DNA from: Lama guanicoe
Taxonomy: Eukaryota
Direction of reading: 5' to 3'
NCBI GenBank assembly: GCA_013239625.1
Contig: MU054117.1
Span: 1,180,001-1,244,000 of the forward strand
DNA: 64,000 nucleotides
Part shown: positions 24,877-38,152 of the stretch, one piece after another
Position numbering within the stretch: position 1 is the first letter of the stretch
How the letters are laid out: the number at the start of each line of letters is the position of its first letter
Notes under the pieces: generated by a model
Database searches by the model: none
The model's input: the letters and a program-made list of their open reading frames with translations, nothing else
Told to the model about the DNA's origin: nothing
Program-made: the position numbers and the translations under genes

Positions 24877-25635
24877 TTAGTATCATCTCTGTGTAGTTTT
24901 AATCTGCCTTTTCCTGATGACAAATGATGTCGAAACTTCCATTTGCTTATTGGCTATTCTTTTCTTTTGTGACGTGTCTGTTCAAATGTTGCCCATTCAA
25001 AGGAAAAAAAGAAAACAAGGATTGTTTCCCTTCCTATCACTGGGTTGTAAAAGTTCTTTGCCTACAAGCCTTTTGCCCAAATAAGAAACAAGCAGAAAAT
25101 ATTTTTCCAGGTTACATAATATTTCAAAGTTACAACGGTTTGTCTCCATTTAGTCTCCCATTTGCTGTGGGGATGGAAACAGAAACACAAACATTTTCTT
25201 TACTTTAAAAACAGAGTAATAAAGCTTTGTGTTAGAAGGGACAAATACTGAGGGGAAAAAAAAGGAAATAGAGGTGAAAATCAAGGAAAAAATAGTTTCA
25301 TAAGTAATTTAGAAGCACCTGTGAGTTAAAAAATCTGCTCTTTATTAAAGAAAAATTCAAGACAGCATCTGCTCTGCTCAGCGACCACGTACGCGGTCAC
25401 CCACACACAAAAACAGTGAACCAGAAAAAAAATTTTGTTGTGCTAAACTTTAAAGTTAATAATACAAAGAAGTTTATTAACCTATAACTATCTTGATGTA
25501 CAGCTGAATCCAGAACTTACCACTAGGTGCTTAGTCAGGATGATTGGGTAAGAATTCTCCCATCAGGTTCCCTGGGAGGAGTCCTGAACCCGGGGACTTG
25601 TTTGCAGAAACAAGCTCCAAGAGCAGGCATTGGCT

Positions 25636-25750
25636 TGGAGGGGCGGGGAGTACAGCTCAGCGCTAGAGCGAGTGCTTAGCAGGCAGGAGGTCCTGGGGCC
25701 AATCCCCATACCTCCATTAACCAAAAACAAACAAACAAAAAACCCCAAAA
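25636..25750 (+). mobile_element. tRNA-Ala-derived SINE
   Basis: tacagctcagcgctagagcgagtgcttagc...; A-rich tail. Confidence 0.85.
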
Positions 25751-26519
25751 CTGGCATTTACTGTGGCCAGCATAGGATTGATCTGGAACTGAGTTCCGAT
25801 GAATGCGACCCAGCAGTCACTGAGGACGGGGCTGTGGGCGGGGTGGCTCTCCTGGAATGTCTGCCCCCTCCCGGCCGCCTTCTCTATTTAATGCCCCATC
25901 AGGCAAGGTTAGCCCAGCCCGGGGTGCCTGTGACAGGCCCTGAGCCGGAGGAGCCTAGGAGAGGAGGGGGAGAAAGAACAAGAGAGTGGGCGCGGCAGGA
26001 CAGCCCGGGGCCCGGGGGCGCGGGGGCCGCCCCACGCTCACTGGGAACAGACGGACCCCTGTTTCTTCTCCCCGAGCATATGAGCAAGACAGTCAGAGCT
26101 TTCCACTCTCTCGTGGCAAAATCAACACCTGGACGGCTTGTTAAGGGTGTTGATTCTCAGACACTGTCCCCCCTTCACAGGGTCCTGTCCTCAAAAGGAC
26201 CCACACGTGGCTCAGAATTTCAGGAGGACATCAAACCAAGCGTGGGTCCATTGGATTTGAAGGCGGGCGGACTGCCAGCCTCTGAATAAAGTCACTTGGC
26301 GCAGTATCTACTTGGCACTCTGAGAGCAGGGTTCCCCCGAGGGTGGGTGTTTCCAGAGGCAGAGCCCAGGGAGAGATGCAGCCGTCCTCACAAAGCAGAT
26401 TCCTGGGGGCAGCGGCTGCGGGGACTGGTAATTACTTGTGCAAGGGGAGGGGTACAGAGAAAACTAGCGACCTCAAAAATAATACATGGGGAAGACATCA
26501 CTCTCAGGTGTTTGAGGGA

Positions 26520-26682
26520 GGGGGTTGGGGGAGGGCAGAGCTCCGTGGTAGAGCGCACGCTTAGCATGCACAAGGCCCTGGGTTCAATCCCCAGTACCTC
26601 CATTAAAAAAATAATAATGAATAAATAAATAAATAAATAAACCTAATTACCCCCTCCCCCAAAAACCATTTAAAAAATAAAA
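26520..26682 (+). mobile_element. tRNA-Ala-derived SINE with (TAAA)n tail
   Basis: gtggtagagcgcacgcttagcatgcacaaggccctgggttcaatccccagtacctcc. Confidence 0.88.
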
Positions 26683-27024
26683 AGGGGAATGGGTAACTGT
26701 GAAATTCAATTCTGTGAAGAAAGCTTTGCGCTCACACAGGGACCTCTTGTCTGTGTGGCCCACTGTTGTCTATGACAGTGTACCGCTAATAAACTAAAAA
26801 AAGAAAAGAAAAGAAAAGAAGAAAACTCTGGTCCTTGAAAGCTGGAAAAAGTTAAAGACTTTTGGAATAAATTCTAATCTAATCTCCTTCGACTAACCCT
26901 TTCAGCAGTGGCTGTCAGCAGGTGGAGACGTGGGCTTAAAGTGTTTTCTCGGGCTGTTGGAGTATTTTGCAGGAGAGCTGGGAGACAGGAGCTTTAGAAC
27001 CACAAATCAAAAGCCCCATTTCTG

Positions 27025-27273
27025 TGGGGAGGGTACAGCTCAAGTGGTAGAGTGAATGCTTAGTGTGGATGGGGTCCTGGGTTCAATCCCCAATGCCTCC
27101 ATTATAGTAAATAGACAAATAGACCTAATGCCCTCCCCCACACCAAAAAACAGCGTCTCGTTGTTTTGTTTTTTGGGGCAGAAGTAATTAGGCTCATATA
27201 TTTAATGGAGGTGCTGGGGCTTGAACCCTGTGCATGCCGAGCATATGCTCTACCACTGAGCTGCGCCCTCCCC
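27025..27273. mobile_element. Two tRNA-Ala SINEs, tail-to-tail (+ 27025-27150; - about 27165-27273)
   Basis: Both show A/B-box bodies and the cctaat..cc tail motif in opposite orientations. Confidence 0.82.
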
Positions 27274-29044
27274 TGTCACCCGTTGTTTATCTCCAGAGGA
27301 GCCTCAACAGTGCACGTTCCACGGGGTCAAAAGCAGACCCATGTTCCTCAACAGATGTGGAGAGAGAGGCAGGAAGGAGAGGAGGAGGGCAGCTGTCTCG
27401 ATGCCTTTAAGCCATGAGCTCAATATGATCACAGAAGTAATCATCCAGCTTCTTTTTCACGGCATCCACTCACTCATTCACTTATTTCACAAGATTTGTG
27501 GAGTTTTTACTCTGGGACAGCAACTCTGCCACGGTCTCCAGGGCATGAGCTTAAAAGTGACGCTGGAACAAACACCCCAAACGTGAACTATGAGGAAGAC
27601 CAGCTGTCACCTGGCGAACAAAAACAGCTCTTAGAGACGCAGGCGAAGAACAGAGAGAGGTTAAAGGAAAACCCATACAGATGTTGCAAATTTGGGGAGG
27701 CAGCGGCAGGCAAACTTCGCCTTCCTGTCCCGAATGACTCCCTCAGCCCTGCCCACGCTGTAGTCACTGGCTCTCAGGTCAAGTTGTTCGAGTTCTTCAA
27801 CAAACTTCCTAGCTTCCTGGTCCTATTGCTGCTGAGTTTACTCATCAATTAACATGAAACGTGCATCTCCAACAGGCTGCTGTTCAGTTCAGTTCAGCCA
27901 CGTAGGAACTAAGTTATAATCCAATCCACAGAAGTTTGGGGAAGGGAGTCTCACACACGGGACGTGGATGAGAATAACCTTAGAACACGCCAGGGCGACG
28001 TGAAGACAAGCGCAAACCCAGTGGGTCGCTGCTGCGCCGATCAGACGCATGACCCAGGAGGGACGGGCGACTGAACTGGCCCTCTAAAACCCGGAGGTGG
28101 GAAGCTCAGAGCAGTGATTTTAGAAGATGTTGGTAACAGCAAAAGGAAACAACGGGACATCACCGAAGCGGTGCCGCTGCCAAGAGCAGCTGTTTCTGCT
28201 CCGTCAAGCTGTGCACCTCCCTGTTTTAAAACCATTTGCCAAACCACACTGATGCGTGCTTTTCAAGTCTGGGTGCAATCACAGGAGAGTGCCGGCTGGC
28301 CCCGCGGCTGATGAGCAGACCTCGGAAACAGCAAGCCGAAGAATCCAGAATGTTGCGGAAAACGCAGCCTCTGTCCCCGACAGTGGAAGTGGGAGTCAGA
28401 GTCTGCGGAGGATGGAACAGAACAGCAGGTAGAGGGAGTCACGCAGGCTAAGGCCTTAAAAGACTGAGTCCATCTTGGGGTCGGGGGCTTGAGGTTTCCT
28501 AGAAAAAGACTGGATGGAACAGAAGAGGTGACAGCAGGCAGGGCGTTGCACGGCGTGTTGCATTCTCGTCATCTTGACAAGAACTTGCTGTTGTCGTGGG
28601 GGAACTTGGGGGCGCCTGCCCGTTTTCTTGAGGTTCAGTCCAGGACCTTCTTTCAAGCCCTCTAGGATAAAAGGATAAGGTATTCTAAGAAAAGAGTGCC
28701 CAGCGAGGGGAGCAGGTTAGTCATAAGTTCCGTTTGGCCGGAAGTGCAGGCCTGAGCAACTCAGCAGCCGTCTTGTTAGTTTTCTTTCAGTAACGCCGCT
28801 CCGTTGGAAAGCAGCGTAGCTCCAGAGAGTGCTGTCAGTGTCCCCGTGGGCCCCAGTCTGGTTAGTAACTACGACCACGCGTGGTCATTTCAGCAGCTCT
28901 GAGCCTTTGTCAGGCTCTACCCCCCGTTACGGGGACCTTCTTCTTGGGCTACTGCAGTAAGTTCCTCATTAAGCCCCCTGCCATCAATCTCACCGCTCTC
29001 CACACTATTCGGGAAACTGCCGCCGAGACTAACCTTCCAAACGA

Positions 29045-29425
29045 ATGAAAGAGAAATGACCTACCGATAAATGCCACAACGTGGGTGAACCTTGAAAACT
29101 TCACGCCGAGGGAAAGAAGCCAGACGTAAGGCCACATGTGATACAATTTCACTGGTAGGCAACGGCCAGTATAGGTAAATCCGTGGAGGCAGAAAGCAGG
29201 AAAGTGGGTGCCCGGGCTGGGGAAAGGAGGGCTGGAGAGTGACAGTTAAGGGGTGTGGCATTCCTTCTGGGGCAATGAACACGTTCCAGAATTAGATGGT
29301 GATGATGGTTGCACAACGTCACGAATATACTAAGGACACCTGAACTGTCCACCTTAAACTGGTAAATTACATGGCCTATAAATTACATCTCAATGGAAAA
29401 CAGAAACAGCAAAAATTAAAAAAAG
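29045..29425 (+). mobile_element. Old L1 (L1MB/MC-like) 3' end
   Basis: gggtgaaccttgaaaac...gaaagaagccagac; aaattacatctcaat end. Confidence 0.8.
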
Positions 29426-30361
29426 TCTTACCATGTACAGGCAGGGAGGGATCTTAAATATCACCTGGTCCAACTGGGTTGTTTTAGAGAGAAGGAAACT
29501 GAGGTCTAGGGGGAAGAAGAGACTTGTCAAAAGTGACTCACAGCTGGAAGCTTCGGGGAGAGCACAGCAGAGGCGGCGGGCAGGGCCTCTGATGCCAGGG
29601 CAGTGCCTCTTCTTGTTTCTCAGTTCTTTAACATGGACAAAAATCCTCAATCGTGAACAGAAATAGAGCAAACCCTGCCAGCTCCCTGTGTCCGTAACCC
29701 AGTTTCGTTCTGTTTTTAACTGAAGCACAGTCAGTCACAGTCTGTCGATTTCCGGTGCACAGCACTACGTCCCAGTCATGCACACACATAAGTGCACTCG
29801 GTTTCATATACTCATAGCCCAGTTTTCGTTATAATCAGTACACAACCAGCTTTATTTCACCCGAGTCCTCATCCACTTCCTCGCCTCCCAGATTATTTTG
29901 ACGTGTACCTCAGTCATCATATTGGTCATACATAAATACTGTAATAGGTGCGTGTTCTCATATATTTTACTTACATGATGTATTGCTCACACACACATAT
30001 ATGCACATGCCCACAAATAGAAAGAGAGAAGAAATAGCAAAGACACAGGTAAAACTTCAGATAAATCTAAATATGCATTCACTGTATACACATATAGTAT
30101 GTTGATAACGAATATATATAAAGAAAGTGGAACTGAGGTACCTCAGAAAATAGCAGGTAGGACAGGGCAGTGTGTATACATCCAAGGGTGCTAAGTCTCT
30201 TGTGTTTTTCAGGAGGAGGTGAGGGGTGCTGAGGAACGTGATGAGCTCCTGCACAGCAACTAGAACACACGTACAGCAATGTTCACGGACCATCCTCTGC
30301 AATGGCAGGAGACCTGGCAACAGCCTAAGTATCATCAGGAGAGGAATGGATATAAAGCATG

Positions 30362-30942
30362 GCAGCACTGTATATACAATAGCCAAGACCCAGAAGCAAC
30401 CTCAGGGTCCATCGACAGACGACTGGATAGAGAAGCTGTGGTATATTTATACAATGGAATACTACTCAGCCATGAAAAAGAATAAAATAATGCCATCTGC
30501 AGCAACACAGATGGACCTGGAGATCATCAGTCTAAGTGAAGTAAGTCAGGAGGAGAAAGAAAAATACCATATGCTATCACTTACATGTGGAATCTAAAAA
30601 AAGAGAAAAGAGGACACTAATGAACTCATCTACAACAGAAACAGACTCAGACATAGTAAACAATCTCATGGTTAACTGGGGGAAAGGGGTGGGAAGGGAT
30701 AAATTTGGCAGTTCAAGATTTGCACACATTAACTACTACATATAAAAACAGATAAAAAACAAGTTTCTTCTGTATAGCACTGGGAACTATGTGCAATGTC
30801 TTGTAATAAGCATTAATGAAAAAGAATATGAAAATGAATATATGTATGTATATGCATGACTGGGACATAACGCTCTACACCAGAAATTGACACATTGCAA
30901 CTGACTATACCTCAATAAAAAAAATTAAAAAATAAAATAAAA
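30362..30942 (+). mobile_element. Lineage-specific L1 3' end
   Basis: L1 ORF2 C-terminus (WYIYTMEYYSAMKKN) + 3' UTR + A-tail. Confidence 0.9.
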
Positions 30943-32159
30943 TACGGTATGCACACACAGTGCAACACTGCGCATCATTAAAAGGAATAAACTGGATCCA
31001 TGCAGAGTGATGTGCACAGATGTCAAAACACGTGACTTACACCAAGTTGCAAGACGACATAGTTGGCGGGGCATAACTCAGCAGCAGAGCGCGTGCTCAG
31101 CTCCAGGTCCCGGGTTCAATTTCCAGCACCTCCACTAAAAAAAGAAAAAGACGCAAATGAACTTAAAAACAAACAAATGACCTGAAGGGTAAAATGGCAC
31201 TGATTTGAATTAAAAAGAAAACCTCGCAGGCTCCTAGGATGGAGGGAGGGAAGAGGACTAAGCCCGCTGGTGAAAGGGGTGTTTGGCTACGTTCATGACA
31301 TTTTATTCATGACGTTATATTTCTTCGGGGGGGAAAAACGGCGAAGTACCCGTGACAAAAGCGTAGCAGTTACAGACCTGGGGCTGGGGCGGGGGGCGGG
31401 GAAGGGGCTGCTGTGCTGCGTGTTTCCTGCGTTATCGTCTGTGCTTGATTTTTTAAAATATCTTACACACTTTTGAAGATGATACACATATGTCTTTTTT
31501 AAAGAAGAATGAGAGAGTCTGAAGAGCAAGCTAACACGTTGGCCTAATGTCACCTACGCTGTGTAAACGGTCGCGCTAAGACGTGGGCTCCACGGGGAGC
31601 ACTGCCATGCTCGCTCCCTGTTCCCCCAGGGTTAGATTCTGGCAAAGCTGACCCACGTTTTCTGATTTTCCATCCTCACGAATTCTACTCCAGAACAGAA
31701 CTCAGGGTAAGTTGGAAAGGAGCGTTCTGTTTGAAGTAACGTCAAAGATTATATTACGAGTTAAGGAGAAATGTTTCTCTCGCATTCATTTTTTTCTTGA
31801 TATTTACCGCATTCACAGTGTCGTCGGAGGCACAGCTTCTGTTTGAGATAACCCTGCCTTTGTGGGCAAGGGTGCAGCCAAACGCCAAGTGGACCTTTCC
31901 CCAGGCGCCCAGTGGGGTGGCCTGAGTGGCCTCATGCCTCAGAACCCCGTACTCAGCATCCTCCGATAACACACCGACCTCATACTGGTTCATCAACCAA
32001 CATGGGTGTTGGCTCAACAACACATCAACCTTTGCACAAAAAAGTGTGACACAGTTGAAGTGAGAAACTTACACTTTAATGAGTAAACGCTTTTCAAATG
32101 AGATATCTCTTAACTTAATGTCATGAAGTCTAAACTTTTAGTGATTTTTAAATTATAGA

Positions 32160-32248
32160 GGGGAGGGTATAGCTCAGGGGTAGAGTGCGTGCTTAGCATG
32201 CATGAGGTCCTGGGTTCAATCCCCAGTGCCTCCACTTAAAAAAAAAAA
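32160..32248 (+). mobile_element. tRNA-Ala-derived SINE
   Basis: gggtatagctcaggggtagagtgcgtgcttagcatgcatgaggtcctgggttcaatccccagtgcctcca + poly(A). Confidence 0.88.
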
Positions 32249-33797
32249 TGATATGCTCAGAATACACACGGTGAATCAATGAATAAATTGCTGGGGTTCC
32301 CCCCCCTTGGCCAGTCTGGTGAAAGATGTGAACCGCTACTTGTGAGGAAGGGAGGGTGAACACAGAGGAGAGCGAGTGGGGTGGGGGGAGGGCACCAGCC
32401 TGCAGGGCTGTGGAGACAGCTGCCGCAGTGAGGACGGGCTGGCAGGCACCCAGATCTGAAAGCCGGCGGGGACATGGGGTGCGCAGTGAAGACCCCTTGG
32501 CCTCCGAGCAAGGGCCAAGGAGAGCCGTCAAGGGGGCCACGCACCCCTTCTGTCCTGTTTTACCCCGGCCCCTCGGGGGGCTGGTCTCCTCCAGCCCCGA
32601 TTCTCAGCCCTCAGAGAGGGATGTGCTGTTAGCACCTGCCTTTCCTCATTCTTCCAGAAAGAGGGTCAGACTGAGGGTGGACGAAGTTAAGTGTCACTCC
32701 CAGCCTGAGCTTTGGAGAGAATGTCACCCTGGAAAGAGCCCTGCTTTTCCACCTTGAAGGGTCCTTGGTTCTGGGAAAGAGTAGAATCCCAGCAAAAGCC
32801 TGGGCCGTTTCTGACAGGCTGTCAGAGACCATCTGAGGGTAATACCAAAAAAACCCAAAAAACCCCTCAACGTTTCGAGGGTTCGAAGCGTACCCACTTG
32901 CCCTCACAGCCTCCTGTCCCCAGCTCCTACTGGGCAGCCAAACACACTGCAAGCGCAGTGAAAGGTCTTTGGAGGAAAGGCCCAGCCTGCTGAGCTGTTT
33001 TTGCTGTTTTGCCATCAGTCTCAGTGTTTGCATCCCTCGCGGCTCTGCGTCCGCTGCAGGGACCTTTACCCGCCATCAGGCCCGGGCTGGTCCCATGGCA
33101 CGGAGTGGGAGGCTGTGGGTTCAGGGGACAGGCCTCTGTGGCACGCCGAGGGCCCTCCCATTGGTTGAGGCGGTGTGGGGTGATGGCCACAGCCACCTTG
33201 GCTCTTGCTCAGATGCTGATTTCAAAAGCAAGGACATCCGGGCCAGCAGATTGGGCCATCACAACAAGTTACAAAACAGCGCTGGGCTGGCGTCAGGCGA
33301 CGGCAGTATCTCTTCCAGATACCAGGCACCCTCTGCCCCGGTTCCGCTCCGCGTCCAGGGATCAGGGCGTGCCCTGACGCAGAGCTGGAAGAGATCTTGA
33401 AGGGCACTGGGGGAAAGATCAAAGAGCAGGCCTGCCAGCCACCTGTCCCTGCGCCAGGGGGACTTTGTGCAGAGGGCACGAGGGGGAAGGGTGTCCGCTG
33501 CGGCGCTCCTCCCTGGGCCCCGAAAGCAGACGTGGGCTTCCTGAGTGTTTCCGCCCGGAGTGCAGAGCTCTGAGACCCACCGCCCTCGCCACCTGAGCCT
33601 TGTTTTCAGTTCGGTTTTGTTGTTTTGTTGGTTTCCCGTGTATGTGTTGTAATGTCGTGTTATATATATGTTATAGTAAGGTATACTTGCGTGTGCGTGT
33701 GCGTGTATGTATGTAAATGTCAAAGTGGCATTTCACTTCTGTCAGGAAACTTACAGGAAAAAATATACCAGAGGGTTTGGTTAAGACCATGAGGCAA

Positions 33798-33960
33798 GGG
33801 AGGGAGGGCACAGCTCAGTGGTAGAGCGTATGCCTGGCAGGCACGAGGTCCTGGGTTCAATCCCCAGCACCTCCAGTAAAAAAAAAATTAAAATAAAATA
33901 AAAAATACATAAATAGATTTAATTACCTTCCCCCTTAAACAAACAAGCAAACATTTTAAA
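33798..33960 (+). mobile_element. tRNA-Ala-derived SINE
   Basis: Same family body and A-rich tail. Confidence 0.85.
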
Positions 33961-36900
33961 TAATAATGAACAATAATAATAGGTCTGCCTCCGCCTCTGA
34001 AGCTGCCTCCTGGTGCCCTCTCTGACCTTCCAGCGACGGGTCACAGGCAGCAAGCACGTTGGGTGCCTCTTCACAAAAAAGACTTCGCCTCTTGTCCACT
34101 GACCTCGATCGCGGTTTTTGGAGAAAAAAAATACAGAAAAGTAAGCATGTCGTATCAGAAGTCCCCACCACCCAGAGCTGATAAGAATTGGTCAGAGCTG
34201 TTCCTTTTCCTCCTCACACGGAAGAAGTAAAATGTTACAGAAAAAGTTGAAACACTCTGTGACCTTCACAGACCACGCTAGTCCCGTCCCCTCCCCAGAG
34301 CGCAGCGCCGCCATGAATTTGTCATCCCTTTCAGTAACTGTGCACACGTTCACGTGCACACCGCGTGCGTCTGGGAGCAACACACAGTGTCCTCTCGTGT
34401 GATGGCCCAGTGCACATCATAACCAGGGTTAACACCCACCCCCTCTGCGGACAGGCGCTTAGATTCTTTCAGACTTTTACTCCCCAATAAAACTGCAGGA
34501 CATTTCTCACGTACATCTTTGTGCACGCGTGTGAGCGGAAGCCTAGGATAATTTTGTAGAAGTGGGTCCGTTGGGCAAAAGGATGCACGCAGTTTAGATG
34601 CTGACAGACCAGGAAGTGACCCTAATTGTTACTCCCAACAGCAACGCTGGGTTCCTTTTCCTCCACATCCTCCCCCCCAGCAGTTCATCAGAACTGCTCC
34701 TCTTTTCCTCTCTATTAGGTGAAAAAATGTCCCTCCGAGAGTTGGAACTTATATTTCACTTGTTATAAAGGCTTAAAGGAATGAACACCATGCGTAGGTC
34801 TTGGTTTCTATGGATTGTGACACCCATTGCCCGTCGTTTTGGTTGATGCTCTTCTTGACTTCTAAGTGTACTTCACCTGCACCCTGAAAATTAGCTCTTG
34901 GTGCTGCAAATATTTTCCCAGTTTATTGTGTATCTTGTGATTGGCCTGAGCTAATTCTGCCACATGGAAGTGTTAAGTTTTTATGTAGCCAACTTCATGC
35001 CTCCTTACAGAGGCGCCAAAGTGATGCGGGTGTTCCTCTTCCCTCCTCTCCCAGCTTCGCGTTTCCCCACAGGATACCAAAATTAATCTCCTCTCTCTCT
35101 AACCTGAATCACCCCTCACGTGCCTGGGTGCAGGGTCAGAGCAACAGCTGGAGTTCACCCGGGGTGGATCCAGGTGAATCCTGGAAGTTCAACACGACCA
35201 TGGATGCTCCAGGTGGCCTTGAGTCAACTTTGTCCCGGTGTGTGTTCATGGGCTGTCCTAAGCACGGACACTTCTGGGGCTTTGTACAACCCAGGGCTGC
35301 CCGCAGCCAAGCTGATCTGCTCAGAGCCCCGGGACCTAGTCTGGCCTACACCCTGGAGGCATCACACTGGAGGCACGGTGGACCTGGGACCATGTGACCT
35401 TTGGCTTCTTTCTCGTTCTTCTCACCTCCTTAAAGGCTCCCCAGTGGAGTCCAGCATCTCGCTGGCAGAGGAAGGGGGGGGACAGGAATGAACTTCACGG
35501 TGTTGGGTCGGAGCTGGGATGCGGTGACCAGTGAGCCCGCACGACTCCCAGTATCGAGGAGGACAGAGCGAGGGACGGGGTGTGCGTCACAGGGCGGTAA
35601 GCTCAACTCCTCTGCGCATCCTTCAAAGGCCTCCCGTGCGCAGCCTGCCCCCTGCCCCCTGAGGCTGTCTCACCCGCTGTTTCCAGTGCTTCCTTCACGT
35701 CTCTCCCACCACAGATAAAGGCCTGCACAAAGCACCATTGCTGATGCATCAGGGACTTAAAAACGAGCCCGAAGATACACAAGACAGAGCAGGATCCTTG
35801 TCGTCATGGCCGAGTGGCTCACTCCCCCAACCTCCCCGCCGTCTGCACCTGCCGTGGCCCTCACACCCTCCCTGGGAACCTCTGAGCCCTAAGCTCCATC
35901 CTCCGTGCTCCCCTCACCCCTCTGGCAGACTTCACTGAGCCCCGAGGTGTGTCAGCTCCGGGCTCTGACCTCTCTGCGAAATGGTGCTGCTCCGACAGAC
36001 ACACGCAGGGATGGCAGCCCTTCCCGGGGCTGGGCCCTCACCAGAACGGGGCCATGAGCCGGTCCCAACTGCCGCCTCTAGGAAAGCGCTCCTCTCTCCC
36101 TCTGGAGGAGACAGCTTCCAGGTACCGCGATGCCCGAGCTTCTGCCACCTCCGTGGAAATGGAGATTTTGTGGTTGCACATGCCTCATGCCGCATGCACC
36201 GGCCATCTGACCTTCACTGGGGGAGGGAAGGTGTCCTGATCTGCTCACAATGAGGTAGGGGCTTGTGAGCGTCCCGCTGGCACTGGTGGGAAGAGAGCCT
36301 CTCAGGGCAGGTGCCACCCGTCGTGTGCAGCTTCAGAGTCTCCCCGGGTCTCCGGACTCCTGTGCTGCTTTCCCAGACAAGGGACCGGGCAGGCGGGGCC
36401 CCCGCTCCCGACAGTGACCAGACTGGCACCTAATGCATTTCTTCCACACCGCACACCGCCCTCTTCTGTACTTTGCCTTCTTTTCTTTAACTGAAACACA
36501 GTCGGCTTGCAATGCTGCATCAGTTCCCGGCGCACAGCACAGCAGTTCAGTCATGCAAGGACATGCTCTTGCTCTGCTTCACGGTAGGCCATTACACGGC
36601 ACTGAGCGTGGTTCCCTGTGCCGCACAGTGCGGCCTTGTTGATCGATCTGATGCAGAGCGGTGTGCATGCACTTCGCTTTCCCAGCTTCAGGGATTCGTC
36701 TCGTTCTTTGTACTCCTCGGAGGGCTCAAGGGGACACGCACCAGTGGGGCAGCCGCTGCCCGCAGACGGCCTGGGGAGCAGCCACACATGATGGACGGGG
36801 AGGCAGACGCAGTGCCCGCCGTGAGGAGCTGCTGGCCTGAGAGGCTAAGCAGGGATGCGGACGCCGCTCCGCTGGGAGGGGCTGGGCGGCGGGGGCCCCA

Positions 36901-37619
36901 GGCCCTGTTGGTGGCAGAGCAAAGAGGGGCCTAGCGACCGCCGTGGGGAGGGCGGAGGAGGTCTGTCTGGAGGCCTTGCTGAGCAAGGTCTGTAACTGTG
37001 TAGTGGGGAGGACCCCCCACCACACACACAGAGCCCACGACCTGGGGGCCTGGGGGAAAGAAGGGCCTTTTTACCCCAGAGGGTTCTAACCCAAATGGCT
37101 TCGTCAGGGAAAATGCAGAATTCAGTTAAGGTAAGAAGGAGTGAGAAAGTTTTAGGAAGAGTCGCTTAAAGCTCTGAAAGGCTGCGTTCCCCTGGCATCT
37201 TCTAGATGCTTCCCGAGGACCAGAGTTGGGTATTCCATGAAGTGAATGAAATTTAACCTCCAGGCCTCTTCCCTGCCCTGCAAGGCCCTGTTCATTAATT
37301 CTGTGTTTGTGATTTCCAAACTGCTCCCCGCCGACTGTCTGAGCTTCAGGCCACACAAAGGCTTACTCTGCCTCTGCCAAGAGCCCCGCAAGGTGGTGGG
37401 ACGTTGTGCGCATAAGCCTCGGGGTGAGACGCTCAGGGGAGGGAGGGCTGTGGCTACCTCTGCCGTACGGGACACCTGAGCATCCTCTTCACAAGGAGGA
37501 AAACTTCTATTTTTAATCTCTACGAGGTGATGGGTTAAACTGAACTTGTTGTGGTTGTCATCTCAAAGTGTGGAAGTCAGCTCATCACGCTGTGTGTCTG
37601 TCACACTGCAAAAAACTGA

Positions 37620-38152
37620 GAGAAACACACATAAAACACTCCTCTACGTGCAACGCGCAAAACAAACAAACAAAAAGCAGACGAGGAACTATATTCAACA
37701 CCTTGCAGTAACTGCTAATGAAAAAGAATGTGAGAAAGAATACACGTGTGCACGTGGGTGCCTGAAACACGACGCTGTGCACCAGAGACTGACACAATGC
37801 TGTAAACTGACTCTACTTCGATTAAAAAATAAGTAAAATTAATTATTCAAAAAAGGCACAAATGAACCAACAGAAACAGACACACAGACGTGGAAAACAA
37901 ACTTATGGCTACCAGCGGGGAAGGGGATGGGAAGGGATAAACTGGGAGTTCAGGATTTGCAGATACTAACTACTGTATAGGAAACAGATAAATAACAAGT
38001 TTCTACTGTGCAGCACGGGGAACTATATTCAATATCTTGTAGTGACGTATAATGAAAAAGAATATGAAAACAAATATGTGTACGTGTGTGGAAACTTAAT
38101 GCTGTGCACCAGAAATTGACACAGCATTAGCAAAAGCATGCAAAAAAAAAGA
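37620..38152 (+). mobile_element. Two adjacent L1 3' tails of the same family
   Basis: gaactatattcaa...aatgaaaaagaat...gctgtgcaccaga occurs twice (about 37620-37840 and 37850-38152). Confidence 0.8.

Noticed and set aside
25630..26289. 219-aa + strand ORF
   Set aside because: Starts at a non-ATG codon, runs through a SINE and has no recognisable domain.
32160..32235. Apparent tRNA-Ala(AGC) genes (here and at about 15 similar loci)
   Set aside because: They have A-rich tails, TSDs, stem-breaking substitutions and high copy number, so they are tRNA-derived SINEs.
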